A stretch of 64,000 bases of DNA, taken from Deltaproteobacteria bacterium (lineage in GTDB: Bacteria; Myxococcota_A; Polyangia; Fen-1088). The translations under genes and the position numbers were made by a program. Below are positions 48,743 to 58,569 of this stretch, piece after piece (position 1 is the first letter of the stretch; every line of letters starts with the position of its first letter). The notes beneath the pieces were generated by a model that had not been told where the DNA came from, searched no databases, and was given only the letters and a program-made list of their open reading frames with translations. The stretch is taken from contig JANRKS010000009.1 in assembly GCA_033763315.1 (NCBI GenBank), forward strand, positions 332,789-396,788. The letters run 5' to 3'.

Positions 48743-50203
48743 ATGGCCGTGGGAGAGCTGCAACCGCCCCAGGAAGAGTCCTTGGTCGGGAAAGTTGTTT
48801 CGGACCGCTATCGCATCATCAAGAAGTTGGGCGAGGGCGGCATGGGAGCCGTGTATCTGGCCGAGCACGTCTTCATCGAGAAGAAGGTTGCGCTCAAAGT
48901 TCTCTCCCCGGATTTTGCGCGCAAAGCTGATCTCACCGCGCGCTTTCTCCAAGAAGCCAAAAGCGCCTCGCGCATCGGCCACGAGAATGTGATCGACATT
49001 TCCGACTTCGGTCAATCGCCCGAAGGCCTTGTTTACTTCGCCATGGAGTTTCTCAAGGGCGAAGATTTAGGCCAGGCCGTGCGCGGCGGTGGTGCGATGC
49101 CCTGGCGGCGTGCCAAGCCGATCGTCATTCAAATCTGCAAAGCCTTGGGTGCCGCTCACGCCAAGGGCATCATCCACCGCGACATGAAGCCTGAGAACGT
49201 CTTCCTGATCGAAAAGGAGGGGCGGCCGGACTTCGTGAAGCTTTTGGATTTCGGCATCGCCAAAGTGCAAACCGAAGGTGGTGAAGAAGGCCCAAAGCTC
49301 ACACGCACCGGTATGATCTTCGGCACGCCGGAATACATGGCGCCCGAGCAAGCCGAAGGCAAAGTCTGCGATCAACGTGCCGACCTTTACGCCGTGGGCT
49401 GCGTCATCAACCACCTCATTGCGGGTCAACCACCGTTTCAGGCCGACAATTTTGTGGGCATGCTGACCAAGCACCTGCTTGAGGCGCCCAAGCCACCCAG
49501 CGTTCTGAATCCACGCATGGGGATCACCGCCGAGCTCGACGCGCTGGTGCTCAAGGCGCTGTCGAAGCAGCCGGAAAAGCGCCACCAAAACATGGCCGAG
49601 CTGATGGCGGCGGTTGAAGCCATTCCCACGGGAGACGAAGACAGCGCGTCTGGATCGGGCACCCGCGGGCCCGTTCGGACGCCCGCCCCCGGCAGCATGA
49701 CTCGCCCGATGGGCGGCGCTGAAGTGATGCCGGTCATCGCCACGACCAACCGCACCTCGAACACGGCCTTGCTTTCAGATGGCGATGATTCGCCGCTTCG
49801 CGAGCGCACCGAATTCGTGGGCGGCAAACGCAGCAACAAAGGTGCGTTGGTGGTGGGCGGCATTGCCTTGGGCGTGGTTGTGGCGCTCGGCTGGCTGCTG
49901 TTTGGCCGCAGCGCAGCGCCGCCAGCAACCGTGGCACCTGCGCCCACCGCGGCCGCTCCCACGCCTGCGGCAGCGCCGGTGCCTGCCGCCCCGCCGGCGG
50001 CGGCTCCGACGCCGGCGTCAAAACCACCCGAGCCTGCAGAGGCCCCGCAAGAGCCACGCGCCGTCGGCAAACATCGTGAGCCGCCTGCGCCCAAATACCG
50101 GCGGATTGTGGCACCCGATGAGCCGTCAACGCCGCCACCGACGCCAAAAACAAAAGAGCCCGGCAATACACCTGCCGAGCTCAAAGGTTTTCCGGGCGAG
50201 TAG
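48743..50203 (+). CDS. Membrane Ser/Thr protein kinase (Hanks type)
   Basis: LGEGGMGAVY, VALK, HRDMKPEN, DFG, GTPEYMAPE; TM helix; Pro/Ala-rich C-terminal tail. Confidence 0.96.
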   Translation: MAVGELQPPQEESLVGKVVSDRYRIIKKLGEGGMGAVYLAEHVFIEKKVALKVLSPDFARKADLTARFLQEAKSASRIGHENVIDISDFGQSPEGLVYFAMEFLKGEDLGQAVRGGGAMPWRRAKPIVIQICKALGAAHAKGIIHRDMKPENVFLIEKEGRPDFVKLLDFGIAKVQTEGGEEGPKLTRTGMIFGTPEYMAPEQAEGKVCDQRADLYAVGCVINHLIAGQPPFQADNFVGMLTKHLLEAPKPPSVLNPRMGITAELDALVLKALSKQPEKRHQNMAELMAAVEAIPTGDEDSASGSGTRGPVRTPAPGSMTRPMGGAEVMPVIATTNRTSNTALLSDGDDSPLRERTEFVGGKRSNKGALVVGGIALGVVVALGWLLFGRSAAPPATVAPAPTAAAPTPAAAPVPAAPPAAAPTPASKPPEPAEAPQEPRAVGKHREPPAPKYRRIVAPDEPSTPPPTPKTKEPGNTPAELKGFPGE

Positions 50204-50237
50204 CGAAGCCGCTTGGGCTTCGCCGAATGGTCAACGA

Positions 50238-52493
50238 CTAGAAGCGCTCGCGCCGCGGCTTTGCCACTTCACACACCAGGCTGCGGCCGTTGTGTTCGCG
50301 GCCGTTCAAGGCCTCCACCAACGCCTGCGCTCGGCCTTCTTCCACGTTGATGTAGCTGTGGGTGTTCATCACCTCCACGGCGTCTCGCGACAAGCGCACG
50401 CCCGCACTCTCAAGCAGGGCAACCACGTCGTCGGACCGCACGCGGTCCTTACGGCCCAGGTTTAAGTACAAGCGCGCGCCCGAAGCCTCGTCTTGCGCTG
50501 GTGTTGCGGTGCGCGGCACTTCGCCGCGCGGGGCGCTGCCGTCGTCCTGCCACACCGCCGCGAAGTCATCAGCCTGCCGCGCGGGTCGCGCCTCGCTTGC
50601 CACCGCAGGGCGCGGGCGTTCCCCGCGATCGCTCCGGTCACCGCGATCGCGTTCGGGGCGTCGTTCGCCACCGTCGCGCTCCGGTCGTCGCTCACCGTCG
50701 CGGAACCGGTCTGGACGTGAGCGCCGGGCGTACCGATCGTCTGCGCCAAGGTCAGCAGGTGCCGTGGTTGGCGCATTCGTGCTTTCAGCGCGCGCCGCCA
50801 CAGGCGCCGGTGCCACTACGGGCGGCGCTTGGGGCGCGGAGGTCACAACGGGAGGCCTCGGCGCCACCGGTGCTTGCATCACTGAGGCGCTGGCCGCTTG
50901 CTGCTCCAACAAAGCTTCAGCCGTCACGGGATCTTGGTCCTGTTCGCGCCTCGGCGCACGCTCACCGCGTTCGTAACGTGAGCGAGGACGTTCGCCACGG
51001 TCGCGGAAGTTGCCGCGTTCCCGCTCCCCCCGATCGCGCTCGCCGCGCGGCCGCTCGCTGCGCGTGTGAACCGGCTCGGGGGCGCCCCCCGCGCTTTCAT
51101 CAGCCGCAACACGCTCCTTCACAGGTTCAACGGGCCGCGCTTTGCTCAAGCGCTCCTTCAACAACGCCGCAATTAAGTGCTCCGAGTCGAGCCCTGTCAT
51201 CACCCGCCGTGCCAGCGCCCGCCATTGGGGGCCCGGCTCCGCTTGCAGTTGCTTACGCAACGCTGTGATGCTTTCGCCTTCACGGCGTGCCTGAATTTCG
51301 CCCTCAGACGGCAGCGTCCGCTCCTCAGGCTTAATCTTGTAAAGCAGCTTGAGGTAATAGAACGAGCCCACCTCCGTGGGACCAATCAGGGACACAGCCA
51401 CGCCGTGGCGTCCCGCGCGCCCGGTACGTCCCGTGCGATGGATGTACGATTCGGGCGAATCCGGAAACGAGAAGTTGAACACGTGCGAGATGTCATCGAT
51501 GTCGATGCCTCGCGCCGCTACGTCCGTGGCCACCAAAAAGCGGATGCTGCCTTCGCGCATGCGCTTCATCACCTTTTCGCGATCGGATTGCGAAAGGTCA
51601 GACGAAATCGCTTCGGCTTCCATGCCCTTGCTGCGCAAGAACTCCGCCACGCGCCCCGTCTCCTCGCGAGTGTTGCAGAACACGATGCCGCGGCCCGGGT
51701 TCTCGAACGCCAAGATGCGCAGCAAGTCGCTTTCCCGGTTGGCCCCGTTGACGGCGTAATAAAGGTGGCTGATCTCCGCCACGCCCACGAAGTCTGCCGA
51801 CAGTTTCAAGTGGGCCGGATCGCGCAGATACCGCCGCGCCAGGCGCTTGATGGCTTCAGGCAGTGTGGCTGAAAACAACATCGTCTGCCGCGTCGTCGGC
51901 GTGTGCTCAAGAATGCGCTCGATGTCTTCTTGAAAGCCCATCGAAAGCATCTCGTCGCACTCATCCAACACCGCGCAACGCACCCGATCCAACTTCAGCG
52001 TGCCCCGCCGCAAGTGATCCAGGATGCGGCCCGGCGTCCCGCAAACGATCTGGCCGCCCGCGCGCAGTTGCTCCACCTGGCGCCCCATGGGTGCGCCACC
52101 GTAAACCGGCACCACCGTCAGCTCTCGGTGGGCCGCGATGCGCGCCATCTCAGCCGCCACCTGCAAAGCCAACTCACGCGTCGGCAGCAGAACGATCGCC
52201 TGCACAGCCTTTTCGTTGGGCTCCACCATGCGGTCGATCAACGGAATGCCAAAGGCCGCTGTTTTTCCCGAGCCCGTGCGCGATTGCACCAGCACGTCGC
52301 GGCCTGACATCACCACGGGCGCGGTTTGGCGCTGAACCTCCATGGGGGCCGTAAAGCCCATGTCTTCCAGGGCGCGCAGCACCTCTGGTCGCAGGCCCAA
52401 GTCTGCAAAGGTGCCACGTGCACTTGCCGGCTCCACCGCACCCACTTGCCCCGCCGTTGCCTCAGTCACATTCTCAGTCATGGCTCTTTCCAT
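50238..52493 (-). CDS. DEAD-box RNA helicase, DeaD/CsdA-like, with DbpA-type RNA-binding C-terminal domain
   Basis: Q motif, TGSGKT, PTRELA, TPGR, DECD, SAT, ARGID, HRTGRTGR; LYLNLGRKD C-terminal domain; start 52493 or 52481. Confidence 0.93.
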   Translation of the reverse strand: MERAMTENVTEATAGQVGAVEPASARGTFADLGLRPEVLRALEDMGFTAPMEVQRQTAPVVMSGRDVLVQSRTGSGKTAAFGIPLIDRMVEPNEKAVQAIVLLPTRELALQVAAEMARIAAHRELTVVPVYGGAPMGRQVEQLRAGGQIVCGTPGRILDHLRRGTLKLDRVRCAVLDECDEMLSMGFQEDIERILEHTPTTRQTMLFSATLPEAIKRLARRYLRDPAHLKLSADFVGVAEISHLYYAVNGANRESDLLRILAFENPGRGIVFCNTREETGRVAEFLRSKGMEAEAISSDLSQSDREKVMKRMREGSIRFLVATDVAARGIDIDDISHVFNFSFPDSPESYIHRTGRTGRAGRHGVAVSLIGPTEVGSFYYLKLLYKIKPEERTLPSEGEIQARREGESITALRKQLQAEPGPQWRALARRVMTGLDSEHLIAALLKERLSKARPVEPVKERVAADESAGGAPEPVHTRSERPRGERDRGERERGNFRDRGERPRSRYERGERAPRREQDQDPVTAEALLEQQAASASVMQAPVAPRPPVVTSAPQAPPVVAPAPVAARAESTNAPTTAPADLGADDRYARRSRPDRFRDGERRPERDGGERRPERDRGDRSDRGERPRPAVASEARPARQADDFAAVWQDDGSAPRGEVPRTATPAQDEASGARLYLNLGRKDRVRSDDVVALLESAGVRLSRDAVEVMNTHSYINVEEGRAQALVEALNGREHNGRSLVCEVAKPRRERF

Positions 52494-52538
52494 TCTCGTT
52501 CCAATCTCGTTCTTCGATGCTCGCTATATTGTCGCGCG

Positions 52539-53135
52539 CTAACGCAGGGTTCTCGCGGCCTCGGTCAAAGCTTCGAGGCGGTTGTGAACGCCCTGCAACC
52601 GCGGCACCTGTTCGTTGCCGAAGCGCTTTAGCTCGCGCGTGTAAGTTAAGTGGATGGCGCCGAGCTCGTCGTGAAGTGACGCCATTTCATCACGTTGTTT
52701 GCGGTACTGATTGCCAGCGGGCGCTTCGCCAAACCGGCATTGCTGCCCCAGGCGGCTCCAACGCTTCCGCCACAAAGCGCCTTCGTCTCCCCAACGCTGT
52801 GCCTCGGAAGGCGTGTAGCCAGCCAACAAGTTGTGAAAGCTGCCAAGGTGCTTCTCAAGCGCAAACCGCACATCTGAGAGCTCCTCCAAGCATGTGCGCA
52901 CTTCGTCCGCCGTGAACGTTTCGCTCACGGGCGTCGCCGCTGATGCCGGAGGGTTTCGCCGTCGAAAGATGGTCACCGCCACCGACGTCAAAACGTAGAT
53001 GCTGCCCAGCACAGAAAACGACACAACCGACCACGCCAAAAAACGGCGATAAGGTCGATACTCAGTATTACGATCCGGGGCTACCTGTGTGGACAATGGC
53101 TGCCTTGACTCCCAGCGAGGAGTCGACGATGTCAC
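52539..53135 (-). CDS. Hypothetical single-pass membrane protein with helical extracytoplasmic domain
   Basis: ORF fills the gap co-directionally; TM (FLAWSVVSFSVLGSIYVLTSVAVTIF); two Cys in a helical domain. Confidence 0.65.
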   Translation of the reverse strand: MTSSTPRWESRQPLSTQVAPDRNTEYRPYRRFLAWSVVSFSVLGSIYVLTSVAVTIFRRRNPPASAATPVSETFTADEVRTCLEELSDVRFALEKHLGSFHNLLAGYTPSEAQRWGDEGALWRKRWSRLGQQCRFGEAPAGNQYRKQRDEMASLHDELGAIHLTYTRELKRFGNEQVPRLQGVHNRLEALTEAARTLR

Positions 53136-53222
53136 ACCCGGAGCGCCGGGCGTGCGATGTGCAGGACGGTACGGACCCGCAGACCGATTGTCAACAGCGG
53201 CGCTTGTCTATCGCCGGGCGAA

Positions 53223-54812
53223 TCACTCGAATGACGGCTCTAAAACCGCGTCTTCGTCCATCGGCCCGCGGCGTGGCTTCTTGGGCGGTGGATCTTTCGA
53301 GTCGGTCTTCACCACAGGTTTCGGTTTTGAGCCGCGGGGGTTCACGGCCACAGGCTTGCGCTCGGCGGGGGGAGGGGGGCTTGGCTCGGCCACACGCACC
53401 GCCTCCAGATCCACTTCCACCTTCGACGCCACGTCCGGTACCACCGAATCGTTCTTGTCCTGGAAGCCGGGTTTCCGAATCACCACGTCAATCGCGGTGT
53501 TGCTCTGGGGAAAACTGTGCTCGAACGGCGTTGTTCCCAGAACAGCTCCGGTGCTCTTGAGCACAACCTGCGCGCCCGCCGGCGTCGATAAGAACCGCAC
53601 CTCCACCAATTGTGGCTTCGCGGGTGCCGCCGGAACGGGAGTTGTAGGCACGGGCTCACTCGGCTTTTCAGCCACAGGCGCCGACCCACCACGTCCAAAC
53701 AACAAAAATGCCGCCAAGCCACCCACAACCACAGTGCCAGCCACGCCGATCATCAAGCCCTTTTTGGACTTGGGCACTTCAAGGTCGTCGCCCAACTCGC
53801 CTGCCCCTTGGCCGAACGTGGTGGGAATGGGGCGCTTGATGCCGGTCGATTTATCGCCCGCGCCGAACACCATCTGGCCGCTCAACGCTTCAGCGGGGTT
53901 GGGCCGAGCGGCCGGAACGCCGTCCATCGAACCCATGGATTCAAGCGAAGGGGCGTTGGCCGCGTAACCCTGTGGATCCAGCATCGCCGTGCGAAACTCG
54001 CGCATCGATTGGTAGCGCTCGTTGCGATCCTTCGACAGCGCTCGCAGCACCACTTTCTCGTGGTACTCCTCAAGAGTTGGGTTGATCGCCCTCAGTGAGG
54101 GCGGCGCCTGCGTGATGTGCTTGACGATGATCTCGCCATAACCTTCACCACCGAAGGGCACCTTGCCCGTCATCATCTCAAACAAGATCACGCCCAGCGC
54201 GTAAACGTCGGACCGATGATCCACGTCCGCGCGGCCTTCGCACTGTTCAGGCGACATATAGTAAGGCGTGCCCATCACCGAACCCGTGCGGGTTTTGTGG
54301 GTCACCTTTTCGTCGCCCTGGGTCAGCTTCGCCAACCCGAAATCCAAGACCTTCACGAAGTCGGTGCTGGAGCCGCGGTTGATGAGGTAAATGTTTTCAG
54401 GCTTGAGATCGCGATGAATGATCCCGTGTTCGTGAGACGCCGACAGAGCGTCTGCCACTTGCGCCGCGATTTTCAGCGCCCGCGCGGCTGGAAAGCGATG
54501 TTCATGGCTGATGCGATCCGCGAGCGCTTCGCCCTGCAGGAATTCCATGACGAAGAAGAATTCGCCGTCATCCGTGTTGCCGAAGTCGCTGATGTCAACG
54601 ATGTGCTCGTTGCCAATCTGGTTCACCGACTTCGCTTCGGTCATGAACCGCGAAACCACCTCGGGGTTCTTTGAAAGCTCCGGATGGATGGCCTTGATCG
54701 CCACCTTCTTGCCGATCACGGGGTGCTCGGCAAGGTACACCACGCCCATGCCCCCTTCGCCTAGCTTGGCGGTGATCTTGTAATTCCCGACCGTCTGTCC
54801 GACCGAAATCAT
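53223..54812 (-). CDS. Membrane Ser/Thr protein kinase with PEGA-like domain
   Basis: LGEGGMGVVY, HRDLKPEN, DFG, GTPYYMSPE; TM; STPAGAQV...LGTTP...KPGF. Confidence 0.96.
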   Translation of the reverse strand: MISVGQTVGNYKITAKLGEGGMGVVYLAEHPVIGKKVAIKAIHPELSKNPEVVSRFMTEAKSVNQIGNEHIVDISDFGNTDDGEFFFVMEFLQGEALADRISHEHRFPAARALKIAAQVADALSASHEHGIIHRDLKPENIYLINRGSSTDFVKVLDFGLAKLTQGDEKVTHKTRTGSVMGTPYYMSPEQCEGRADVDHRSDVYALGVILFEMMTGKVPFGGEGYGEIIVKHITQAPPSLRAINPTLEEYHEKVVLRALSKDRNERYQSMREFRTAMLDPQGYAANAPSLESMGSMDGVPAARPNPAEALSGQMVFGAGDKSTGIKRPIPTTFGQGAGELGDDLEVPKSKKGLMIGVAGTVVVGGLAAFLLFGRGGSAPVAEKPSEPVPTTPVPAAPAKPQLVEVRFLSTPAGAQVVLKSTGAVLGTTPFEHSFPQSNTAIDVVIRKPGFQDKNDSVVPDVASKVEVDLEAVRVAEPSPPPPAERKPVAVNPRGSKPKPVVKTDSKDPPPKKPRRGPMDEDAVLEPSFE

Positions 54813-54972
54813 GGGGAGGCTAAGTCCTTGGCCTTACTGGCGTTTTCAACACGTTGGGCCACGATCACCCATTTCCTCGTCATCGTCAAGATGGCCTGTT
54901 CCCTTAAACCAAGCCAGGCAATCGTGGTTCCATCCACGTCTTTAGACACGCCTGGCGCGGTTTTCTGCACCT

Positions 54973-55824
54973 TCATCCAAAAAAAATCGACCGGCGTTCC
55001 AGCAACATCTCGGCAATCATCGTGTCTACCTGGGTGCGTACGGCTTCAGCGGCCTCCAAAACAGCCGCCGGATTGTCTACGTCGACGGGCAGCACTTGGA
55101 TCGGTTTGCCGATCCGAATCGTCCATTTGGTGGGCAGTGGCATAAGACCGAGTGGCCCCAGGAAGGGAAAGGTGGGAGTCACCGGGAAGTAAGGCAGCCC
55201 CAGCCACCGTGCCGGCGCGTTCAGCTTGCCGATCACCGGGTGAATCTCTTCGGCCCCCACGATGGCGGTGGGAATGATGGGAACACCAGTGGTGGTGGCC
55301 AACCGAACGAACCCCCCACGGCCGAACCGCGTCAGCCGGTAACGCTCTCGATAAAGCTTACCCACCCCCCGCAGGCCTTCGGGGAACACCGAAACCAGCT
55401 CACCGTGTGCCAATAAGTTCGCCGCGTTTTCCATCGAGGCCCGCACGCCGCCAAACCGCGCCACGACTGGTGCCATCATTTTGGAACGAAACGCGAAGTT
55501 GGCCACCAAGGGGCGCGGCAGGCGATGCGCGCTGTGCAGCTTTCGCACCCCGTAGGCCAGCAGCATGCCGTCGTAGGGCAGGCCACCTGAGTGGTTCGCC
55601 ACCAAAACAGCGGGTCCCGAAGCGGGGATGTTCTCAAGGCCCGAAATCTTCACGCGGAAATACTTCGACCACAAGAACTCAAGCAACGGGGTGACCTTCT
55701 GGAAGAACGCCTCGTCGAAGCCCATGTCAGGCAGCAAAGCCGGATCCGCGCCATCCGATGTGCGGATGGCTTCGTAAACGGCCTTGCCTGCTTCAATGAC
55801 TCCCGTATCGGGAAGGGGAAACAT
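54973..55824 (-). CDS. Lysophospholipid/glycerol-phosphate acyltransferase (PlsC superfamily)
   Basis: GLENIP, NHSGGLPYD (HxxxxD-like), FPEG, GFVRLA...VPIIP. Confidence 0.88.
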   Translation of the reverse strand: MFPLPDTGVIEAGKAVYEAIRTSDGADPALLPDMGFDEAFFQKVTPLLEFLWSKYFRVKISGLENIPASGPAVLVANHSGGLPYDGMLLAYGVRKLHSAHRLPRPLVANFAFRSKMMAPVVARFGGVRASMENAANLLAHGELVSVFPEGLRGVGKLYRERYRLTRFGRGGFVRLATTTGVPIIPTAIVGAEEIHPVIGKLNAPARWLGLPYFPVTPTFPFLGPLGLMPLPTKWTIRIGKPIQVLPVDVDNPAAVLEAAEAVRTQVDTMIAEMLLERRSIFFG

Positions 55825-55826
55825 AA

Positions 55827-58523
55827 TTAGCCCCTGGCCACAACGTCGGCCACGGTCGCGCGCCAGGCGTCCAACACTTTGCCCAGGTCAGCGGGTTTTG
55901 TGCCTCCCCCTTGCGCCATATCAGGCCGGCCACCGCCCTTGCCATCGATGGCTTTGACAAGTTCACTCAATATTTTGCCCGCGTGAAAACGCGGCAAGGC
56001 ATCTTTGCTCACCACGCTTACGACTGAGACTTTGTCGCCTTCGCTGCCCACCAACACAACGATCGATGGGTTCAGTTTGTCGCGCAGTTTGTCGGCTGTT
56101 TCGCGCAGAATTTTGGCGTCTGACACGGGCACGTCTGTCACCAAAACCGAGACATCGCCGATCTTTTGCGCACTTGCCGTGAGGTCTTTGCCGCCGCCCG
56201 AAGCCAGTTGCGACCGCAGTTTCTCAATGTCCTTGTCGCGGCCGCGCAGTTCGTTGGCCAAACGCTCAACTTTCCCTGCGACCTCAAACGGCGAAGACTT
56301 GAGCTGTTCCGCGGTGCTTACAAGCTCATGCTCCATCCGGCGCACAAACAACGCAGCACCTAGCCCGGTTACCGCTTCGATGCGGCGAACGCCTTGGGCC
56401 ACGCCCGCCTCTTCGACGATTTTGAACAAGCCAATATCACCGGTGCGTTGCACGTGCGTGCCGCCGCACAGCTCTTTTGATTCAGCCATGCTCAACATGC
56501 GCACCGTGTCGGCGTACTTTTCACCGAAGAAAGCCATCGCGCCGGCAGCCTTTGCTTCTGCGATCGGCACCACGTCTGTTTGCACAGGCGCGTTGTCGAC
56601 CACGCGCGCGTTCACCAAGTCCTCCACCTTTTCCTTCTCATCGCGTGACAGCGGGGCAAAGTGTGAAAAGTCGAAGCGCAACTTCTCCGCACCCACGAGC
56701 GATCCCTTTTGCGCCACGTGTTCGCCCAACGTGGTCCGCAGCGCCCAGTGCAATAGGTGCGTGGCTGAGTGGTTGCGTCGAATGGCGTTGCGATGAGCGG
56801 CGTCCACGCGCAGATCGAGGGCGTCGCCCACCTTCACTTCGCCGCGCGTAAGTTCCGCGATGTGCACCGAAAGCCCCGTCACGGGCCGCTTCGTATCCAA
56901 GATGCGCACGCTGCCTGCCGGGCCTTCGGCCGTGCCGATGTCGCCCATCTGGCCGCCTGATTCACCATAAAACGGCGTCTCTGCACACACGAACGCAAAG
57001 CTGGTGGCCGCGCCTGCAGCTCCCACTGACACGCGCTCCACTTCTTTGCCGCCCGCCACCAAAGCCACAACTTGACCTGGGGTTTGCAGCGTTTCGTAGC
57101 CCAAAAATCGGGTGGCGCCCACACGATCCGCAACCGCTTGAAACACAGTCTCAACCGCCAGTTCGCCCGATCCGACGAAGGAAGCGCGCTTACGTTGCGC
57201 CTCCATTTGTTCTTCAAATCCTGCCTCGTCAAGCTCAAGGTTGCGGGCGTTCGCGATCACGCGCGTGAGATCCAACGGAAAGCCGTATGTGTCGTAAAGC
57301 CGGAATGCCAGTTCGCCTGGCACCACCTTGCCTGTCAGCTTTTGGCTTTCGTCACCCAAGATACGAACGCCACGATCCAACGTCTCTCGGAAACGGCGCT
57401 CTTCTTGGTCTGCGACTTCCAAAATCGTGCCGCGTCGCTCGTCCAATTCAGGGTAAGCCGCCGCCATCAGGTCGATCACCTGCGCCGCCATCTTGGCGAA
57501 GAACTGCTCCTTAATGCCCAACAAGTCGCCGTGGTAAATCGCCCGGCGCATGATCCGGCGCAGAACGTATTCGCGCCGCGTTTTCTCCGGGAACACGCCG
57601 TCGGCGATCAAGAACGCCGTGGCGCGCGCGTGGTCGGCGATCGCCCTCAGCGAAACCGATGTTGAATTCTCGCGAAAATCCGCCGGGTCGAAAGTCTTCT
57701 TCGCCAGCTTCGAAGCTGTCTCAATGAGCGGTGACAGAAGATCTGTTTCGTAGTTCGAGCGCTTGCCCTGCAGGACCGCGCACAAGCGTTCGAGCCCCAT
57801 GCCTGTGTCCACCGACGGGCGGGGCAGGGGCGCACGCGTGCCATCGGGCATTTGCTCGAACTGCATGAACACCAGATTCCAAATCTCGACCCAGCGATCG
57901 CAATCGCACGCAGGGCCTTGGCAGGGGCGGCCTGCCGCCACTTCGGCGCAGGGCAAGTCATCACCCTGGTGGTAGTGGATTTCGCTGCAGGGGCCGCACG
58001 GGCCCGTATCGCCCATCGCCCAAAAATTGTCTTTGTCGCCAAGCGAAATGATGCGCTCATCCGACACGCCTGCGATCGACTTCCACAGCTGCCGGGCTTC
58101 ATCGTCCGAGTAATGGACGGTGAAGACCAATCGATCCAGCGGCAGGCCGTAGACCTCCGTCAAAAGCTCGCTGGCAAACGTAATGGCGCCTTCTTTGAAG
58201 TAATCGCCGAATGAGAAGTTCCCCAACATCTCGAAGAACGTATGGTGACGCGCGGTGCGCCCCACATTTTCCAGGTCGTTGTGCTTGCCGCCCGCGCGAA
58301 CGCACTTCTGCGATGTGGTGGCGCGGCTGCGTGCCCGACGGCTTTTGCCCGTGAACACATCCTTGAATTGATTCATCCCCGCATTGGCGAACAACAAGGT
58401 GGGGTCGTTCTGGGGCACGAGCGAGGAGCTGGCCACCTCTTCGTGGCCTTTGGCGGCGAAGAAATCGAGGAAGGCACGTCGGACGACTGAAGCGCTGCGG
58501 AACCTATCGGAGGGATGCGACAT
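55827..58523 (-). CDS. alaS: Alanine--tRNA ligase
   Basis: DPTLLFANAGMNQFK, HHTFFEMLGNFSFGDYFK, DTGMGLER, NHSATHLL, ELCGGTH, GGGRPDMAQ; ATG 58523. Confidence 0.99.
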   Translation of the reverse strand: MSHPSDRFRSASVVRRAFLDFFAAKGHEEVASSSLVPQNDPTLLFANAGMNQFKDVFTGKSRRARSRATTSQKCVRAGGKHNDLENVGRTARHHTFFEMLGNFSFGDYFKEGAITFASELLTEVYGLPLDRLVFTVHYSDDEARQLWKSIAGVSDERIISLGDKDNFWAMGDTGPCGPCSEIHYHQGDDLPCAEVAAGRPCQGPACDCDRWVEIWNLVFMQFEQMPDGTRAPLPRPSVDTGMGLERLCAVLQGKRSNYETDLLSPLIETASKLAKKTFDPADFRENSTSVSLRAIADHARATAFLIADGVFPEKTRREYVLRRIMRRAIYHGDLLGIKEQFFAKMAAQVIDLMAAAYPELDERRGTILEVADQEERRFRETLDRGVRILGDESQKLTGKVVPGELAFRLYDTYGFPLDLTRVIANARNLELDEAGFEEQMEAQRKRASFVGSGELAVETVFQAVADRVGATRFLGYETLQTPGQVVALVAGGKEVERVSVGAAGAATSFAFVCAETPFYGESGGQMGDIGTAEGPAGSVRILDTKRPVTGLSVHIAELTRGEVKVGDALDLRVDAAHRNAIRRNHSATHLLHWALRTTLGEHVAQKGSLVGAEKLRFDFSHFAPLSRDEKEKVEDLVNARVVDNAPVQTDVVPIAEAKAAGAMAFFGEKYADTVRMLSMAESKELCGGTHVQRTGDIGLFKIVEEAGVAQGVRRIEAVTGLGAALFVRRMEHELVSTAEQLKSSPFEVAGKVERLANELRGRDKDIEKLRSQLASGGGKDLTASAQKIGDVSVLVTDVPVSDAKILRETADKLRDKLNPSIVVLVGSEGDKVSVVSVVSKDALPRFHAGKILSELVKAIDGKGGGRPDMAQGGGTKPADLGKVLDAWRATVADVVARG

Positions 58524-58569
58524 GAGGCGGCGAAATCTAGCAGAAGTCGCCGATATTTGTTGCCTTCTC

